In this document: positions 1 through 12,285 of the stretch, piece after piece
How the letters are laid out: each line of letters starts with the position of its first letter
How positions within the stretch are numbered: position 1 is the first letter of the stretch
Assembly (NCBI RefSeq): GCF_006345805.1
Contig: NC_043000.1
Coordinates: 161,696,001-161,760,000 of the forward strand
Length of the DNA stretch: 64,000 bases
Direction of reading: 5' to 3'
DNA from: Octopus sinensis
Lineage: Eukaryota
Notes under the pieces: generated by a model
Told to the model about the DNA's origin: nothing
The model's database searches: none
What the model saw: the letters and a program-made list of their open reading frames with translations, nothing else
Translations under genes and position numbers: made by a program

Positions 1-886
1 TAACAGACAAGTTCCTCTGTAGTAGTCCTTGATCACAATGTCTGGTCAATTGGAGCCAATTTTTCTGTCTATTTGTATTGGAAAGTTCCAAAGGGTGGTG
101 ACTCATTCGCCATTTACTACATCCTATGGATGGTGCCTGTATCACTTAACATGGGATTTAATTTTGTAGTATTTACAAGCATTCCAGTGGATTACTGCCC
201 TAGTCTATAATGTCTTATGAGGTACTCCTTTGCAGTGAGGATTGGGCAGCCAAAAACAATATGATCAATTTTCTTTGTGAATTTTCCGAAAATTCTACAT
301 GAGGGGTCAGATCCACCTTTAAGGACATTTGCATGGTAGTTTCCGGTAGGTAAGCACTGATCTTGTGCTGCAATAACAAAACCTTGTTTCCCCTTTCAGA
401 CCTATCACTTGTAGCCATTAGTGTATTAGATTTTGATTGATATGTCTTGGGCAGGTGGTTAGAGTATTTTCCATGCAGAAGTTTACGTTTCCACTTGTCT
501 TCGATATTATTCATGCAAGCCTTCTATGCTTTTTATTTGAGGTTTTTGCATCAGTGATAGGTTTGTCACCATCTGGATCTCTCTGATTTTCCTAATTATT
601 AATTTCTAAATCAGGAAAAGTAATGGCTGGTCTGTCAGTTTTTGGGTGTCTTTGATCATTGTTATTATTAACTTCTAGGTCAAGAGACTTCTTGAATTTC
701 TGACAAAGCTTCATGACTGAAGCTTGCTTGGAATCTTCATACTTCAGTGCAATTCATAAGATCACATCACTTGTTGTATTAAGGTACATTTTCAGGCCTA
801 TTATTGCTGATTTGAAGGATTGTTTGAGCTGTATCAGGCCCCTTCCACCTATTTTTCTTGGAAGATAAATCCTGTTTACATCTGAT
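1..886 (-). mobile_element. Decayed RLE-type non-LTR retrotransposon (R4/Dong-like), post-RT region through zinc knuckle and restriction-like endonuclease
   Basis: Manual minus-strand translation across frameshifts gives KSDVNRIYLPRKIGGRGL, LHGKYS, GLKGETEGFVIAAQDQ, DHIVFGCPILTAKEYLIRH and PDIVIKD, all hallmark R4/Dong ORF motifs; many stops. Confidence 0.85.
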
Positions 887-941
887 TTTATTATTATTAT
901 TATTATTATCATTAGTAGCAGTAGTAGTAGTAGTAGTAAAG

Positions 942-1157
942 TGAAGATAGTGAGCTGGTAGAATTGTTAACATGCTGAGTAAAATGCTTAGTAGCATTTC
1001 ATCGATCTTTACAATCCAAGTTCAAATTCCTCTAAGGTCAACTTTGCCTTTGATGCTTTCAGGGTTTATGAAATATGTACCAGTAGAGCACTGGGGTCAA
1101 TGTAATTGACTTACCCCTCCCCTAAAACTGCTGGCCTTGTGACAAAATTTGAAACCA
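942..1157 (+). mobile_element. Old tRNA-derived SINE, family A (tail ...GGCCTTGTGCCAAAATTTGAAACC)
   Basis: Diverged match to the family A head and core seen in many copies in this window. Confidence 0.8.
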
Positions 1158-1171
1158 TTCTTAGCATTATT

Positions 1172-1633
1172 AAAGGCAGTGAGCAGGTAGAATAGTTACC
1201 ATATATGGTAACTATAAGGCAGCAAGCTGGCAGAAATGTTAGCACACCGGGCGAAATGCTTCGCAGTATTTCGTCTGCTGCTACATTCTGAATTCAAATT
1301 CCGCCGAGGTCAACTTTGCCTTTCATCCTTTTGGGGTCGATTAAATAAGTACCAGTTACACACTGGGGTTGATATAATTGACTTAATACATTTGTCTGTC
1401 CTTGTTTGTCCCCTCTGTGTGTAGCCCCTGTGTGTAAAGAAATAAGAATAGTTACCATATATGGCAAAATGCTTAGTGGCATTTTGTCTGAATTCCTGTG
1501 CCTCTGGGGTCGACTTTGTCTTCTATCCCTTTTGGATTGTTGATAAAACAGGAAACAGATGAGCACTGTTGTCAACATAATCGATTTATCAACCACCCTG
1601 AAATGGCTGGCCTTGTGCCAAAATTTGAAATCA
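1172..1633 (+). mobile_element. Old family A SINE interrupted by a younger family A monomer (about 1209-1445)
   Basis: 19-bp direct repeat GAATAGTTACCATATATGG at 1190-1208 and 1446-1464 brackets the young copy; the old head lies before it and the old body after it. Confidence 0.85.
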
Positions 1634-1641
1634 TTATTATT

Positions 1642-1835
1642 AAGGAGGTGAGCAGGCAGAATCATTAGCTCAACAAACAAAATGCAGCCTGAACTCAGAT
1701 TTTGCTGAGATCAACTTTGCCTTTCATCTTTCATAGTCAATGAAATAAGTACCAGTCAAGCACTGGGACCAATGTAATCAACTAACCATACTCCCTCAAA
1801 TTTCAGGCTTTGGGTCTATAGCAGAAAATATTATT
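1642..1835 (+). mobile_element. Old family A SINE
   Basis: Diverged head plus core CAACTTTGCCTTTCATC...AATAAGTACCAG. Confidence 0.7.
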
Positions 1836-1883
1836 TAGGGCCAAACCACCACCATAAATATTAACAACAACAATAATAATACT

Positions 1884-2090
1884 CCGCATGGAATTACATG
1901 GTCAGTTCTACCATGAAACTAACAACTTAAAAGACCAGAAAGCATCATGGAGGTGGCTCAGCAAGGGTCACCTAAAAAAGAAAACCGAAAGGCTAATCAT
2001 TGCTGCCTAGGATCAGGCATTAAACACCAACTCATTGAAAAGGGATATATACCACACAAGTGCAATGAACCTCTGCAGAATGTGTTGTTG
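1884..2090 (+). mobile_element. R4/Dong-like LINE fragment
   Basis: Translates LHGQFYHETNNLKDQKASWRWLSKGHLKKKTERLIIAA*DQALNTN...CRMC. Confidence 0.75.
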
Positions 2091-2129
2091 ATGTATTGCT
2101 GAGCAGTCAATGACATTGGAGAGCATAAA

Positions 2130-2870
2130 GATTAAAGTTTTAGTTGAGAACAAGTTGATATGGAAGACTGGAAGCCACCAAACTGTCAACATCATGACTG
2201 CTGCTCAATGCTCTGTGAACATTGTAAAGTGGTAAGATGTGACATGGACAACTACAATAGAGACTACGAGGCCATGGTCAACACAAAGGGACATAGCAGG
2301 CATTCTGAATGTGTCTGCCAATTGGAATTCATACAACAACTGCCGGATAATGTGATGGATCGAAACAAGGGAATCTGGGCCTTGACAAGGGAGATGGGAG
2401 TTGGAGTCACAACCATGAAGCTGGATCTGAATGAAGCCCTTTGCAACCATTCATTCAAGAGGGACAAGGAACACATCTTGACAGCCAAACCCAAGAAGAA
2501 CTGCTTGTTGAAGGCAAAGAAGCTCTTGAATAAGTTGGGGTGCCCTGCTAAGCTTATGATGACCTGGTTCTTCTCAAATGAAAAGAACTTCTGCCAAGAC
2601 CAGCTGCACAACACCCAGAACAACTGGTGGTCAAGATCTAGGAGGTGTTCAAAGATCTTCCCAGGGACAACGTGAAAAGTGTATGCACCAGGTTCCAATA
2701 CCATTTTGAGACATATGGAAGGCTGAAGGTGGTGACTTTGAGAAAACTGTTATCTCCTAGCAATAATCTAGTTGGAATATATATATTTTTTAAATTCTTT
2801 TGTTTTTGGATGGGATATTGTTTTCTTTGCTTTTTTATGCAAACTCTCAAATTTAGTCCATTGTACTATA
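2130..2870 (+). mobile_element. Internally deleted Tc1/mariner-superfamily transposon, probably maT (DD37D)-like
   Basis: ORF 2160-2675 has an HTH-like segment (IWALTREMGVGVTTMK) and the first catalytic block WFFSNEKNFCQDQLHNTQNNWW, then jumps to the C-terminus (DLPRDNVKSVCTRF); the second and third catalytic residues are missing so the spacing cannot be counted. Confidence 0.7.
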
Positions 2871-3223
2871 GTCGAAAAGTATATTTCTACACAGAATATC
2901 GTCAAAGTTATAATGCCTTTGATGTACTCACTCAGATTAGAAATGGGGGTAAACTACGACAGTAAACACTATAACCATCAATATGGACACTCTCATTAAC
3001 AGCATCGCCAGTGTTATCCCAACCACTTACGCAACCTTCATCATCAGTACTACCATGATTGCCTAACAACACTTCTACCTCTACCTCCATATCACAATAC
3101 CATAACACCAATACTTACTACCAATGACCACTGTTACCACCATTACTATAATCCAAAAGCAAGTCTCTGTGTAATCACTAAAAGAAGCTAAATCGTTCTC
3201 TCAAATTCCACCTTAATGAATTT

Positions 3224-3440
3224 CATCATCATCATCATCATCATTTAACATCTGCTTTCCATGCTGGCATGGGTTGGACAGTTTGACTGAGGGTTGGCAA
3301 GCCAGATGGCTGCACCAGGCTCCAATCTTATCTGGCAGAGTTTCTACAGCTGGATGCCCTTCCTAATGCCAACCACTCCGAGAGTGTAGTGGATGCTTTT
3401 ATGTGCCCCCTGCACGAGGGCCAGTCAGGCGGTACTGGGG
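3224..3440 (-). mobile_element. 3' part of a SINE/retroposon with a (GAT)n tail (family F)
   Basis: Minus strand reads GGTTGGCATTAGGAAGGGCATCCAGCTGTAGAAAC...CCATGCCAGCATGGAAAGCAGATGTTAAATGATGATG, a typical retroposon 3' module. Confidence 0.65.
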
Positions 3441-4077
3441 ATGGTTATGACTCTAAAGCAATCAATCACAAGTCTGACATCATAGTTTCTATGACCCTAC
3501 ATAGCAGCTGCAAGAATTACCAATTTTATGAGCCAACAAGGAATCATTGCCTGGTCACTCAACTTGCAAGAAATAGCAGCCAGTTCTCCCTTGTATCATA
3601 ACTTAAATCACACATCTTTGAACAGAATACATTGGATAATGAGTTTCTGGGTTCAGTGCACATTTGAAACAGATGGGATGGTCATGGTTGGAATGCCTTT
3701 GATTATAGTTCTATTCAATCAGGGATGACTTAGGACTAAATAAAAGAGTATCAACTACTACCACTAACTTTAGGTGGTGAGTCAAGTACCAAATGAGAAA
3801 AGACAGGAAGAACTTATCAATATACTGATTGCTCAGCTAAAAATTGCAGTTAAATCTCCCTCAGTTTATGTTGCGCTGTCTTAATGCTGTCCTAGATACT
3901 TATTCTCTGATAAACCAAAATGAGATGGCCATGCTGGAGCTGATCTAAGATTAAACAATAATAAAAATGACAATCATACCAACCAATTGTCTGGATATGT
4001 GGGGCTACTGTTACTGATATTAATATCAGTAGCAGCAGCCCTACATATCCTGACAATTTCAATATCTTTCATCATAT

Positions 4078-4561
4078 AGCACAGGAGTGGCTGTGTGGTA
4101 TGTAGCTTGATTATCAATCACATGGTTCTGGGTTCAGTCCAACTGCGTGGAACCTTGGGCAAGTGTCTTCTACTATAGCTTTGGGCCGACCAAAGCCTTG
4201 TGGGTGGATTTGGTAGACGGAAACTGAAAAGAAGCCCATCGTATATTTTTGTTTTTAATTTCATCTTGTTTCAGCTCACGAGCTATGGCCATGCTGATAT
4301 ATATATATATATATATATATATAGGTATGTATGTATGTGTTTGTATAAGTTTGTGTGTCTGTGTTTGTCCCCCCAACATCGCTTGACAACCGATGCTGGT
4401 GTGCTTACGTCCGCGTAACTTAGCAGTTCGGCAAAAGAGACCGATAGAATAAGTACTAGGCTTACATGTAAGAAGCCCTGGGGGAGACTTGTTCGACTAA
4501 AGGCGGTGCTCCAGCATGGCTACAGTCAAATGACTGAAACAAGCAAAAGAGTAAAAGAGTA
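4078..4561 (+). mobile_element. tRNA-derived SINE family B, full length, with internal microsatellite
   Basis: A-box-like TGGCTGTGTGG and B-box-like GGTTCAGTCC, body CCTTGGGCAAGTGTCTTCTACTATAGC, tail ACTGAAACAAG(C/T)AAAAGAGTA; repeated several times in the window. Confidence 0.9.
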
Positions 4562-5085
4562 TAGGTGTGGAGATGGTGCATTGTTAAAAAGAACACTTCA
4601 CACTTATGTAGTTGCAGGTTAGGTTTGATCCCACTGTGCTGCCTCTTGAGAAAATGTCTACTACCAAAGTCTTGGGCTGACTAAAATCTTGTAAATGCAA
4701 TTTCATAAACAGAAACTGTCTGCAAGCCATTCACAGCAATCACTCCTGTTCTTGAAGGTGGAGGATGGAGGTGAGAGGGGACAGGCTTAATCCACTGCTC
4801 CATTTAAGATCACCACCGGCCTTGTGAGTTTTTAATAGAATCCAATTTGTTGCATGTATTTGGCCTGGGGCTAACTTCCTGCCAGCAGTTTCAGAGATCC
4901 TGAAAAAATCATGTCCTCTGTCCTTCTTTATCTGAGGAAATAGACTTTTTGAATCAAATTGGTAATGGGAGAGAGTAGAAATCATAAATAAATTCATCTG
5001 GCATCTCACTGTTTTGTGTCAAAAAACCTAACATATCGAACAGACATTATTGTTGGACCTAATTACTTGTGGTATTTAGTCACTT

Positions 5086-5318
5086 TACTCCCTTTTACTC
5101 TTATACTTGTTTCAGTCAGTTGACTGTGGCCATGCTGGAGCAGCGTCTTTAGTCGAGCAAATTGACCCCAAGACTTATTCTTTGGAAGCCTAGTACTTAT
5201 TTTATCAGTCTCTTTTGCAGAACCGCTAAGTTACGGTGACTAAAACACACCAGCATTGGTTGTCAAGTGATGTTGGGGGGACAAACACAGACACACAAAC
5301 ATATACACCCACACACAC

Positions 5319-5355
<37 letters not shown>

Positions 5356-5514
5356 CATATATACGACAGGCTTCTTTCAGTTTCCGTCTACCAAATCCAC
5401 TCACAAGGCTTTGGTCGACCCGAGGCTATAGTAGAAGAAACTTGCCTGAGGGGCCATGCAGTGGGACTGAACCCGGAACCATGTGGTTGGTAAACAAGCT
5501 ACTTACCACACAGC
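5086..5514 (-). mobile_element. SINE family B
   Basis: Reverse complement matches 4078-4561 and 21052-21424. Confidence 0.9.
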
Positions 5515-5650
5515 TTCTTTCAAGTTCCTAGTTCGAATCCATCCAAGATCAATTTTGTAATCTTTCAGGGTTAAAAGAACAACAAATCATGTGACGATGT
5601 TAAAATCCTTACTATTATTACTACTACTACTACTAATTATTATTATTATT

Positions 5651-5681
<31 letters not shown>

Positions 5682-5689
5682 ATACCACA

Positions 5690-6110
5690 GATTTGTTTGT
5701 CACTTGTTTGCCCTTAACCAGTTGAACACGTTCCTTAGTGGCTGACAATATGTTCATCTCATGAGTAGGGGTAATGGGGGAGCATCATAGCCATGTGTTG
5801 AGAGGAATTCTTTGGGACTTGGATAATTCACCTCTGGAAACATGGATGTTTCAACATCCTTAAACAACCCTTATTCAGGGACCTTTTGAGTAGGATGGGC
5901 TAGTTGACCAGAAGAAAATTCTAACTGGGCCCCACTTGCAAGGTCTTGCACTGTTAATCTTGATATGAGATCACCATGTTGTGCACATATGGTTGTGATG
6001 CATGTGCCTGGTGTACGTACCCTTATCAGAAAAGTAGTCATGATGGGTATACTGGGCTTCATATATTTTACCCCAGTGTCACTTTGATGGTATGCACTAC
6101 TCTCTTACTC

Positions 6111-6145
<35 letters not shown>
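5690..6145 (+). repeat. Unclassified interspersed repeat ending in (AAT)n, probably a non-LTR element 3' end
   Basis: Higher-GC block ending ...CACTACTCTCTTACTC followed by a pure (AAT)n tail; no ORF. Confidence 0.5.
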
Positions 6146-6490
6146 TTCTTTTTACTACAGGCTCAAGGCCCAAAATTTTTGTTGTGTGAGGGCTTGTTAA
6201 TTACATTAACCCCAATACCCAACTGGTACTTATTTTATTGATCCCTAAAAAAATGAAAGGCAAAGTCAATCTCAGCAGTACTTGAACTCAATACATAAAG
6301 ATGGACAAGATGCCTCTGAGCATGATGATGATGATGATGATGATTTCACATTTTTGCACGAAGCCAGCAATTATGGGGGCAGGGATAAGCTCTTGACTGC
6401 TACTTATTTTATTGATGCAGAAATTACGACAGGTAAAGTCAACCCTGGCAGAATTTGAACTCAGCATGCGACGACAGTTGAAATGCCACT
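6146..6490 (-). mobile_element. Two old family A SINEs (about 6146-6320 and 6345-6490)
   Basis: Reverse-complement cores TGGTACTTATTTTATTGA...GAAAGGCAAAGTCAA and ATTTGAACTCAG. Confidence 0.7.
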
Positions 6491-6504
6491 AAATTAACCA
6501 TTAC

Positions 6505-8710
6505 TCTGAAAACTATTAATTGACCTCACAGCAGATGAATTGTATAGCTTTCTGGATAAGAAGAATTTATCATCAGAGGAGGAAAAAGGATGCAGAATGA
6601 AGTCAAGTGGAACTGCTGGCCGGTTGTATAATGATAGCATGAAATTAAGAAAGTATGAATAAGAATGGCCTTAGCTGTTAGATGGATAGACAAGAAGAAG
6701 CTTATGACAATATTTCACACTGTTGGTTCTTAGAATGCCTGGGAATACTTGGGGGTGAGGGAGGTCAATGAGAAAATTAACAGATTTCTTTTTAGAAAAT
6801 GCCATGCTATCATGAGAAGTAGAACTAATATGCACAAATGAATCATAACGAAATGTAAAAGTATGCAGGGTAATATTTCAAGGACATACATTCTTGCCAT
6901 TACCTTGAAATATTGTGTTAATCTCTGACAAATATTCTGAGAAAATCTAGGCCAGCCTATCAACTTGCTTGAACCAGGAGGAAAATGTATCAACCTATAC
7001 ATAATAAATGCAAAAGATCTGGATTCTCTAATCCAAACAAGTAAAAAGAAATTATCAAAGATATTGGTATGCAGTTTAGGGCAAATAAGTGTTCAGGTTT
7101 AATTATTATGAAGGTCAATAAATTAAACTGAACGTATAAAGATCCCACAAGATGACATCATCAGATTGCTGGAAGATAATGAATGGTACGAGTATCTAAG
7201 GGTGCTACAGGACGATGAGGTACTAGAAAGAGAAATGAGAGAGGAAGTCTCCAAAGAAAGATTAAGAAGTTACATGAAACAAAAGTAAATGGAGTGAATG
7301 TTATCCAAGCAATCACTACACGGGTTATGCTAGCACTGAAACACTCTGCTCCTTTTATAAAGTGGACACACACAGAGTTTCAGAAATTAAACAGAACTAT
7401 GAAGCTGCTCTCGATGCACAACATGAGCTGCCCTATAAGTAATAACAAAAGACTCTAGTTACTAAGAAATGAAGAAAGTAGTTTATTAAATGCAGACGAT
7501 ACCATCAGTACTACAATATTAGGCTTGTGCGTAGTGATGAAAGAATACTCCTTTCTATTTTAGGTACGACGCTCCAAATTTTGTGGGAAAGGGATTATGT
7601 TGATTAGATCGACCCCAGTATGCAACTGGTACTTAATTTATCGACCCCGAAAAGATGAAAGGCAATGTCTACCTCGGCAGAATTTGAACTCAGAGTGTAA
7701 AGACAGACGAAATACATGTTTCTTTACTACCCACAAGGGGCTAAACACAGAGAGGACAAACAAGGACAGAGAAACGGATTAAGTCGATTATATCGACCCC
7801 AGTGCGTAACTGGTACTTATTTAATCGACCCCGAAAGGATGAAAGGCAAAGTCGACCTCTGCGGAATTTGAACTCAGAACGTAGCGGCAGACGAAATACG
7901 GCTAAGCATTTCACCCGGCGTGCTAACATTTCTGCCAGCTCACCGACTGTAATGAAACAATTCTGTCAGCAGTCGGAAATTTACAAAAAAAAAAAAACGT
8001 CAGTGAAATAGTAAGACAATTCATGAACAGAAGGAAGAACGACTTTTGATGTGGGAAGTAAAGAATGCTGGCTGTGGTTGACAAGAAGAAACCTGAAATG
8101 AGAAATCGAATCACTAATTATAGCCACCCAGGAATATACCATTACAATGAACTTGATAAAGACTGAAATGAATAAAACTATGTCAGAGATCAAGTGCAGA
8201 ATATGTTGGAAAGGAGATGAAAGTATCAACCATCTAGCAATAAGCTAAAATATAAAGTGTGTAAGCACAGGTATGACTGTGCTGGTAAAAGAGTGCGTTG
8301 GAATGTTAGCATGATAGTAAATGATTGCTACACGGTTTTATGCAATTCCTCCATAAACACTATTGTAGCAACAAGGTCAGATATAATAGTAGAAGACAAA
8401 GAGAGAGATAAATGGTGTAAGATCGTAGATTTTAGAATATCATGGAAATTGAGTCGATATCAAAGAAATTAAGAAAATTGAGGAATATCAGGGCCCAAAT
8501 ACTGTGGTTCCTGTGCTAATTTGTGCACTTGACACAACACCCAAATTGCTCCCTACAAGGCTGAAGAATAATGAGATTGGGTACTGCATTGTTGACCTGA
8601 AGAAATTCTGTATTCTGCCAGAGCCCTAAAAAAGATTCTTGAAATTTGAGAAGATTTGTTACCACCATATCTCACGATGTAATATTTTTGACCAACAACA
8701 GCAACAACAA
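6505..8710 (+). mobile_element. Decayed R4/Dong-like LINE (RT, zinc knuckle, RLE) interrupted by a SINE at 7545-7945
   Basis: Fragments YSFLDKKNLSSEEEKGCR, LAVRWID, AYDNISHCWFLECL, IFQGHTF (RT motif), SKDIGMQF, then ESLIIATQE, KCRICWKGDESINHL; ends in (CAA)n. Confidence 0.85.
7545..7945 (-). mobile_element. Dimeric family A SINE
   Basis: Head + core + tail 1 (...GTAGTAAAGAAA) followed by a second core + tail 2 (...TAGAAAGGAGTA); same layout as 45200-45598 and 52540-52934. Confidence 0.9.
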
Positions 8711-8714
8711 TTAA

Positions 8715-9475
8715 TTGTTTTATTAGCCACAGGGGCTCACATAAAACAACAGAACAAGAACCTTTCTCCTTAAATCCCCTCTTTACAGGTGCACACTCAG
8801 AATTGGTCATTTCAGACTGGCCATTCTTCCAACATTCAGCCACCTTTCAACAAACTTGCTACAAGGCAACACTTCCCTCTCCACCCTCAACTTCCTTTTC
8901 AAGTGAAACTTGAAAAAGTTGATGAGGGCTTGACCAAAGAGGAAAATATCTGTCTTATCCTTTTCAAACCGGTCAACCATACTACCTTTTTCGGTACAGC
9001 CACTAAACAATAAAATTGCCTGCCCCTCTCGGCTAAAACAGGGTGGAGGGGCAATCTTCATAATGGATTCAGCTGATATCCGGATCCGTCCTACACGCGA
9101 CAGCAGGTGTTCGACATAAACCCATAGGTCAGCAATACTTGGGCCCTGAACTAAGGCGTGCAGAACGGTTTCATCCTTCTAGGCACATCTAGAGCAGGTC
9201 CAGCTAACAGCACTTCTGCCTGTAAAGTTTATATCAATGTTTTCCATATGATTTCTGGAAGTTGTCCATAGGCACCAGGCCAAAAGTTATCCGAAACAAA
9301 TTGGTTAGTTGATCTTCATCGTCGCCCAGAGTTTCCCCGAGAACATTGTCGCACTTTCCCTCCACTAACCCTCTATAGAACGCTAGAGTGGAACTACCAC
9401 CGACCACATTGCCCGCCTGGCAGAGGACTGTGAGTGCTTGACGGCACCTGAGGTGCCAAACATACGAAGTTTCAA
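8715..9475 (-). mobile_element. L1/Tx1-clade LINE 3' fragment
   Basis: Minus translation CSRCA*KDETVLHALVQGP (CCHC knuckle), LLSRVGRIRISAESIMKIAPPP, GQALINFFKFHLKRKLRVERE. Confidence 0.75.
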
Positions 9476-9591
9476 AGTGTTTAGTTAAAGAAAATTAATT
9501 AATCGAACTGCCCATGAAAAGGAAAAGATCCGCTAACGGTGGCTATACGATATACGAAAAACATACTCAACAGATAAAACCAGATATAATT

Positions 9592-9785
9592 CTTTTTCTA
9601 CTCTAGGCACAAGGCCCGAAATTTAAGGGGAGAGGGCTAGTCGATTAGATCGACCCTAATACGCAACTGGTACTTAATTTATCAACCCCGAAAGGATGAA
9701 AGGCAAAGTCGAACTCGGCGGAATTAGAACTCAGAACGTAACGGCAGACGAAATACTGCTAAGCATTTCGCCCGGCGTGCTAAGA
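9592..9785 (-). mobile_element. Family A SINE monomer with tail 2
   Basis: Single core ending CTTGTGCCTAGAGTAGAAAAAG on the minus strand; head partly truncated. Confidence 0.9.
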
Positions 9786-10367
9786 AACAAGATGTAATTA
9801 AAGGAATAAAACAGGACAAGTTACTGGCTAGATTGGATATCGGTACACCACTCCCTACTCATTAACCATTTCTCGAATTGTGTATAAATGCAACCCAATG
9901 TACTTGTAAGCGAGACATTTGATGTTGTAAAACTACATCTTCAGATTATGGTCTTTTGTTGTTCGGCTTTAGTTTTATTTTTACGAATAATCCGTCATTT
10001 ACATGTTCATTATATTCTTGACCTAACTGGGGTTTTTTTTCTGTCATTTTAATTTCTTTGAAAGTTAAAATGGCATCATAGACGCATAATTTTGTCAATT
10101 AATTGTTTGATTTTGAATAATGGTAAATCTAAGCTCTTCATTTTTTTATTTCTGATTTTCCTAAGAAAGAGTTTCATTGTTGTTTTAAAGAAACTGTTCC
10201 ACCTCACCTATTATCGTTATTTTATATTGTTCTCTTTTTTGAGAAATTTTCTTTATCTTTTCCTTTCGTGTTTCTCCAACCATCTAAAGGTTTTTTGCTG
10301 CAACAATTTTGATCAGTCGAAATTGAACGGGGCCCCACTTTTGTCAGATTACTTACACACACACACG

Positions 10368-10368
<1 letters not shown>

Positions 10369-10408
<40 letters not shown>

Positions 10409-10438
10409 TCTCTCTTTCTCTCACTCTCTCTCTCTTAT

Positions 10439-10482
<44 letters not shown>
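10369..10482. repeat. (CT)n/(TA)n microsatellite
   Basis: Direct reading. Confidence 0.95.
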
Positions 10483-10485
<3 letters not shown>

Positions 10486-10514
10486 GATATATCATATGGG
10501 GTGGAGATTATTAT

Positions 10515-10920
10515 ATGTATATATATAGGTCTGTTCGAGATGGCACATGTTTGCCCATCACCAAATAAATAATCGATGTGGGACAACGTACGATGGTCTG
10601 GCGGTGAAATATAACAAAAAGTGATGTGGGCGTTCGCTACTTCTGTTCGACCATTTAGGGCTAGCTTTCTGGAGGCCCATTCTTTGGTGAAACTGGTCAC
10701 TCTCATCCCCTCATCCTAGTTTTTCTTCACCTGGAGATTCAGACCAAGCCAAATCCCGAGTAATTTAACTGATTTTTCCAGCTCTTCACGACGCTGTTGG
10801 ACAACATAAACCAGCTTCTCCAGCCACCGAGCTACAGGTCCACTGACTTTCCTTGGTTGATATTTTGCTCTTCTAATCACCTTTTAGTCTTTTAGAAGTG
10901 TGCCAATCACCTTGATGTAC
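10515..10920 (-). mobile_element. L1/Tx1-clade LINE fragment (post-RT), probably the same element as 8715-9475
   Basis: SVKLLGIWLGLNLQVKKN and WASRKLALNGRTEVAN match the L1-type YLG...W..R.LS..GR block; same strand and correct order relative to the 3' fragment. Confidence 0.65.
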
Positions 10921-10944
10921 TTGGTAATAATTGTTTCTGATTCG

Positions 10945-11400
10945 GCACGAAGCCAATAATTTTGAGACGAGGGGTTAGTCAATACCATTGTCCCCTGAAC
11001 TTGACTGTTCTTTATGTTATCAACCTTGAAAGGATGAAAGGCAAAGTCGACCTCCGTAGGAATCGAACTCAGAACGTTGTGAGTTATAAGAAATAGTGCA
11101 AGGCATTTTGTGTAACCATTCTGCTAATCCGCTAATGGTTTTTAATTCATGCATAAGGCCAACAATTTTGAAGGAAGGGGAGTACTTGTTAACCACTGAC
11201 CCCAGTACTTGACTAGTGCTTTATTTTATTGACCCTGGAACAATAAAAGGCAAAGTTGATCGGTGGGTTTTGAACTCAGAGCATAAAATGCTGCAAGTAT
11301 TTTGGCTGATGTATCTTGTGCATTCTAAATTAAAATTTCACTGAGGTCAGTTTTGTTTTCATTTTTTTTCTGAGTCTACAAAATAAGTACCAGTATTATC
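10945..11400 (-). mobile_element. Cluster of old family A SINE remnants
   Basis: Repeated GAAAGGCAAAGTCGAC/GAACTCAG cores, strongly diverged. Confidence 0.6.
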
Positions 11401-12285
11401 CTTGAAAGATAATACACCTCTCCTCTACTGATTTAAAAGTGAATGTTCGTGGCCACAAACGAGTAGGGAAGTGCTATAATCAACTAAATATAATCATTGA
11501 CAGTAATTAGATGACAGGATCTTATCTTACTCATCTAATGTCACTTGAAGAATGAGAGAAAAGTCAATTCTAGTAAGATTTGTATCTGAAGCATTCCAGG
11601 ACAAAGGTGCTTAATCCAACACTCTACTACGGTTGCATTTCATTTACCACGATCATTTGTATGTTCATACAAGAATAATTATGACCATCACCATATCATG
11701 TCATACTACAACAAAGACAATCAACTGATTTTGCCCCTACACAGCAGCTCTGTTACAATCAGCAGCCAAATCTCCCTTAAGTAACATCCTACCACTTTAG
11801 AAAAGATCTCGCTCGCTAACGTGGCTCTGACTGGTTTTAATTCATAAAAATATAGATGGAATAGTCACAGAGTTCCATTCATCACAACTATGTCCCACTG
11901 GGACTAACCTGGAACAAAAACAAAAACACAACTACAGCTGAAAAAGTAGATCTGTGGACCGTGCTAGTCATTCGACTGTCAACCTATGTGTAATAACGTT
12001 TGTTCAATCAAAGCTAACCTGGGGCTACTCAACAAGAACCACTATTGCACAAAATTATCATAGTCAATTACAATTTGCAACTCTATATTATATTCACTAT
12101 TTCCATCTCTATTACAAATTTGCGACACCTTTACCACTACAAACATTTACATATCATCGCTACTATTTTTGATACACTCTACTCTGAACACAACCAGTAC
12201 CGATTCCAATAGAATTCCAATGTCACAATCATCATTATATCGCTACCGAGTATTATAAACTTTGAGCAGTGTCAATTATCACCAA

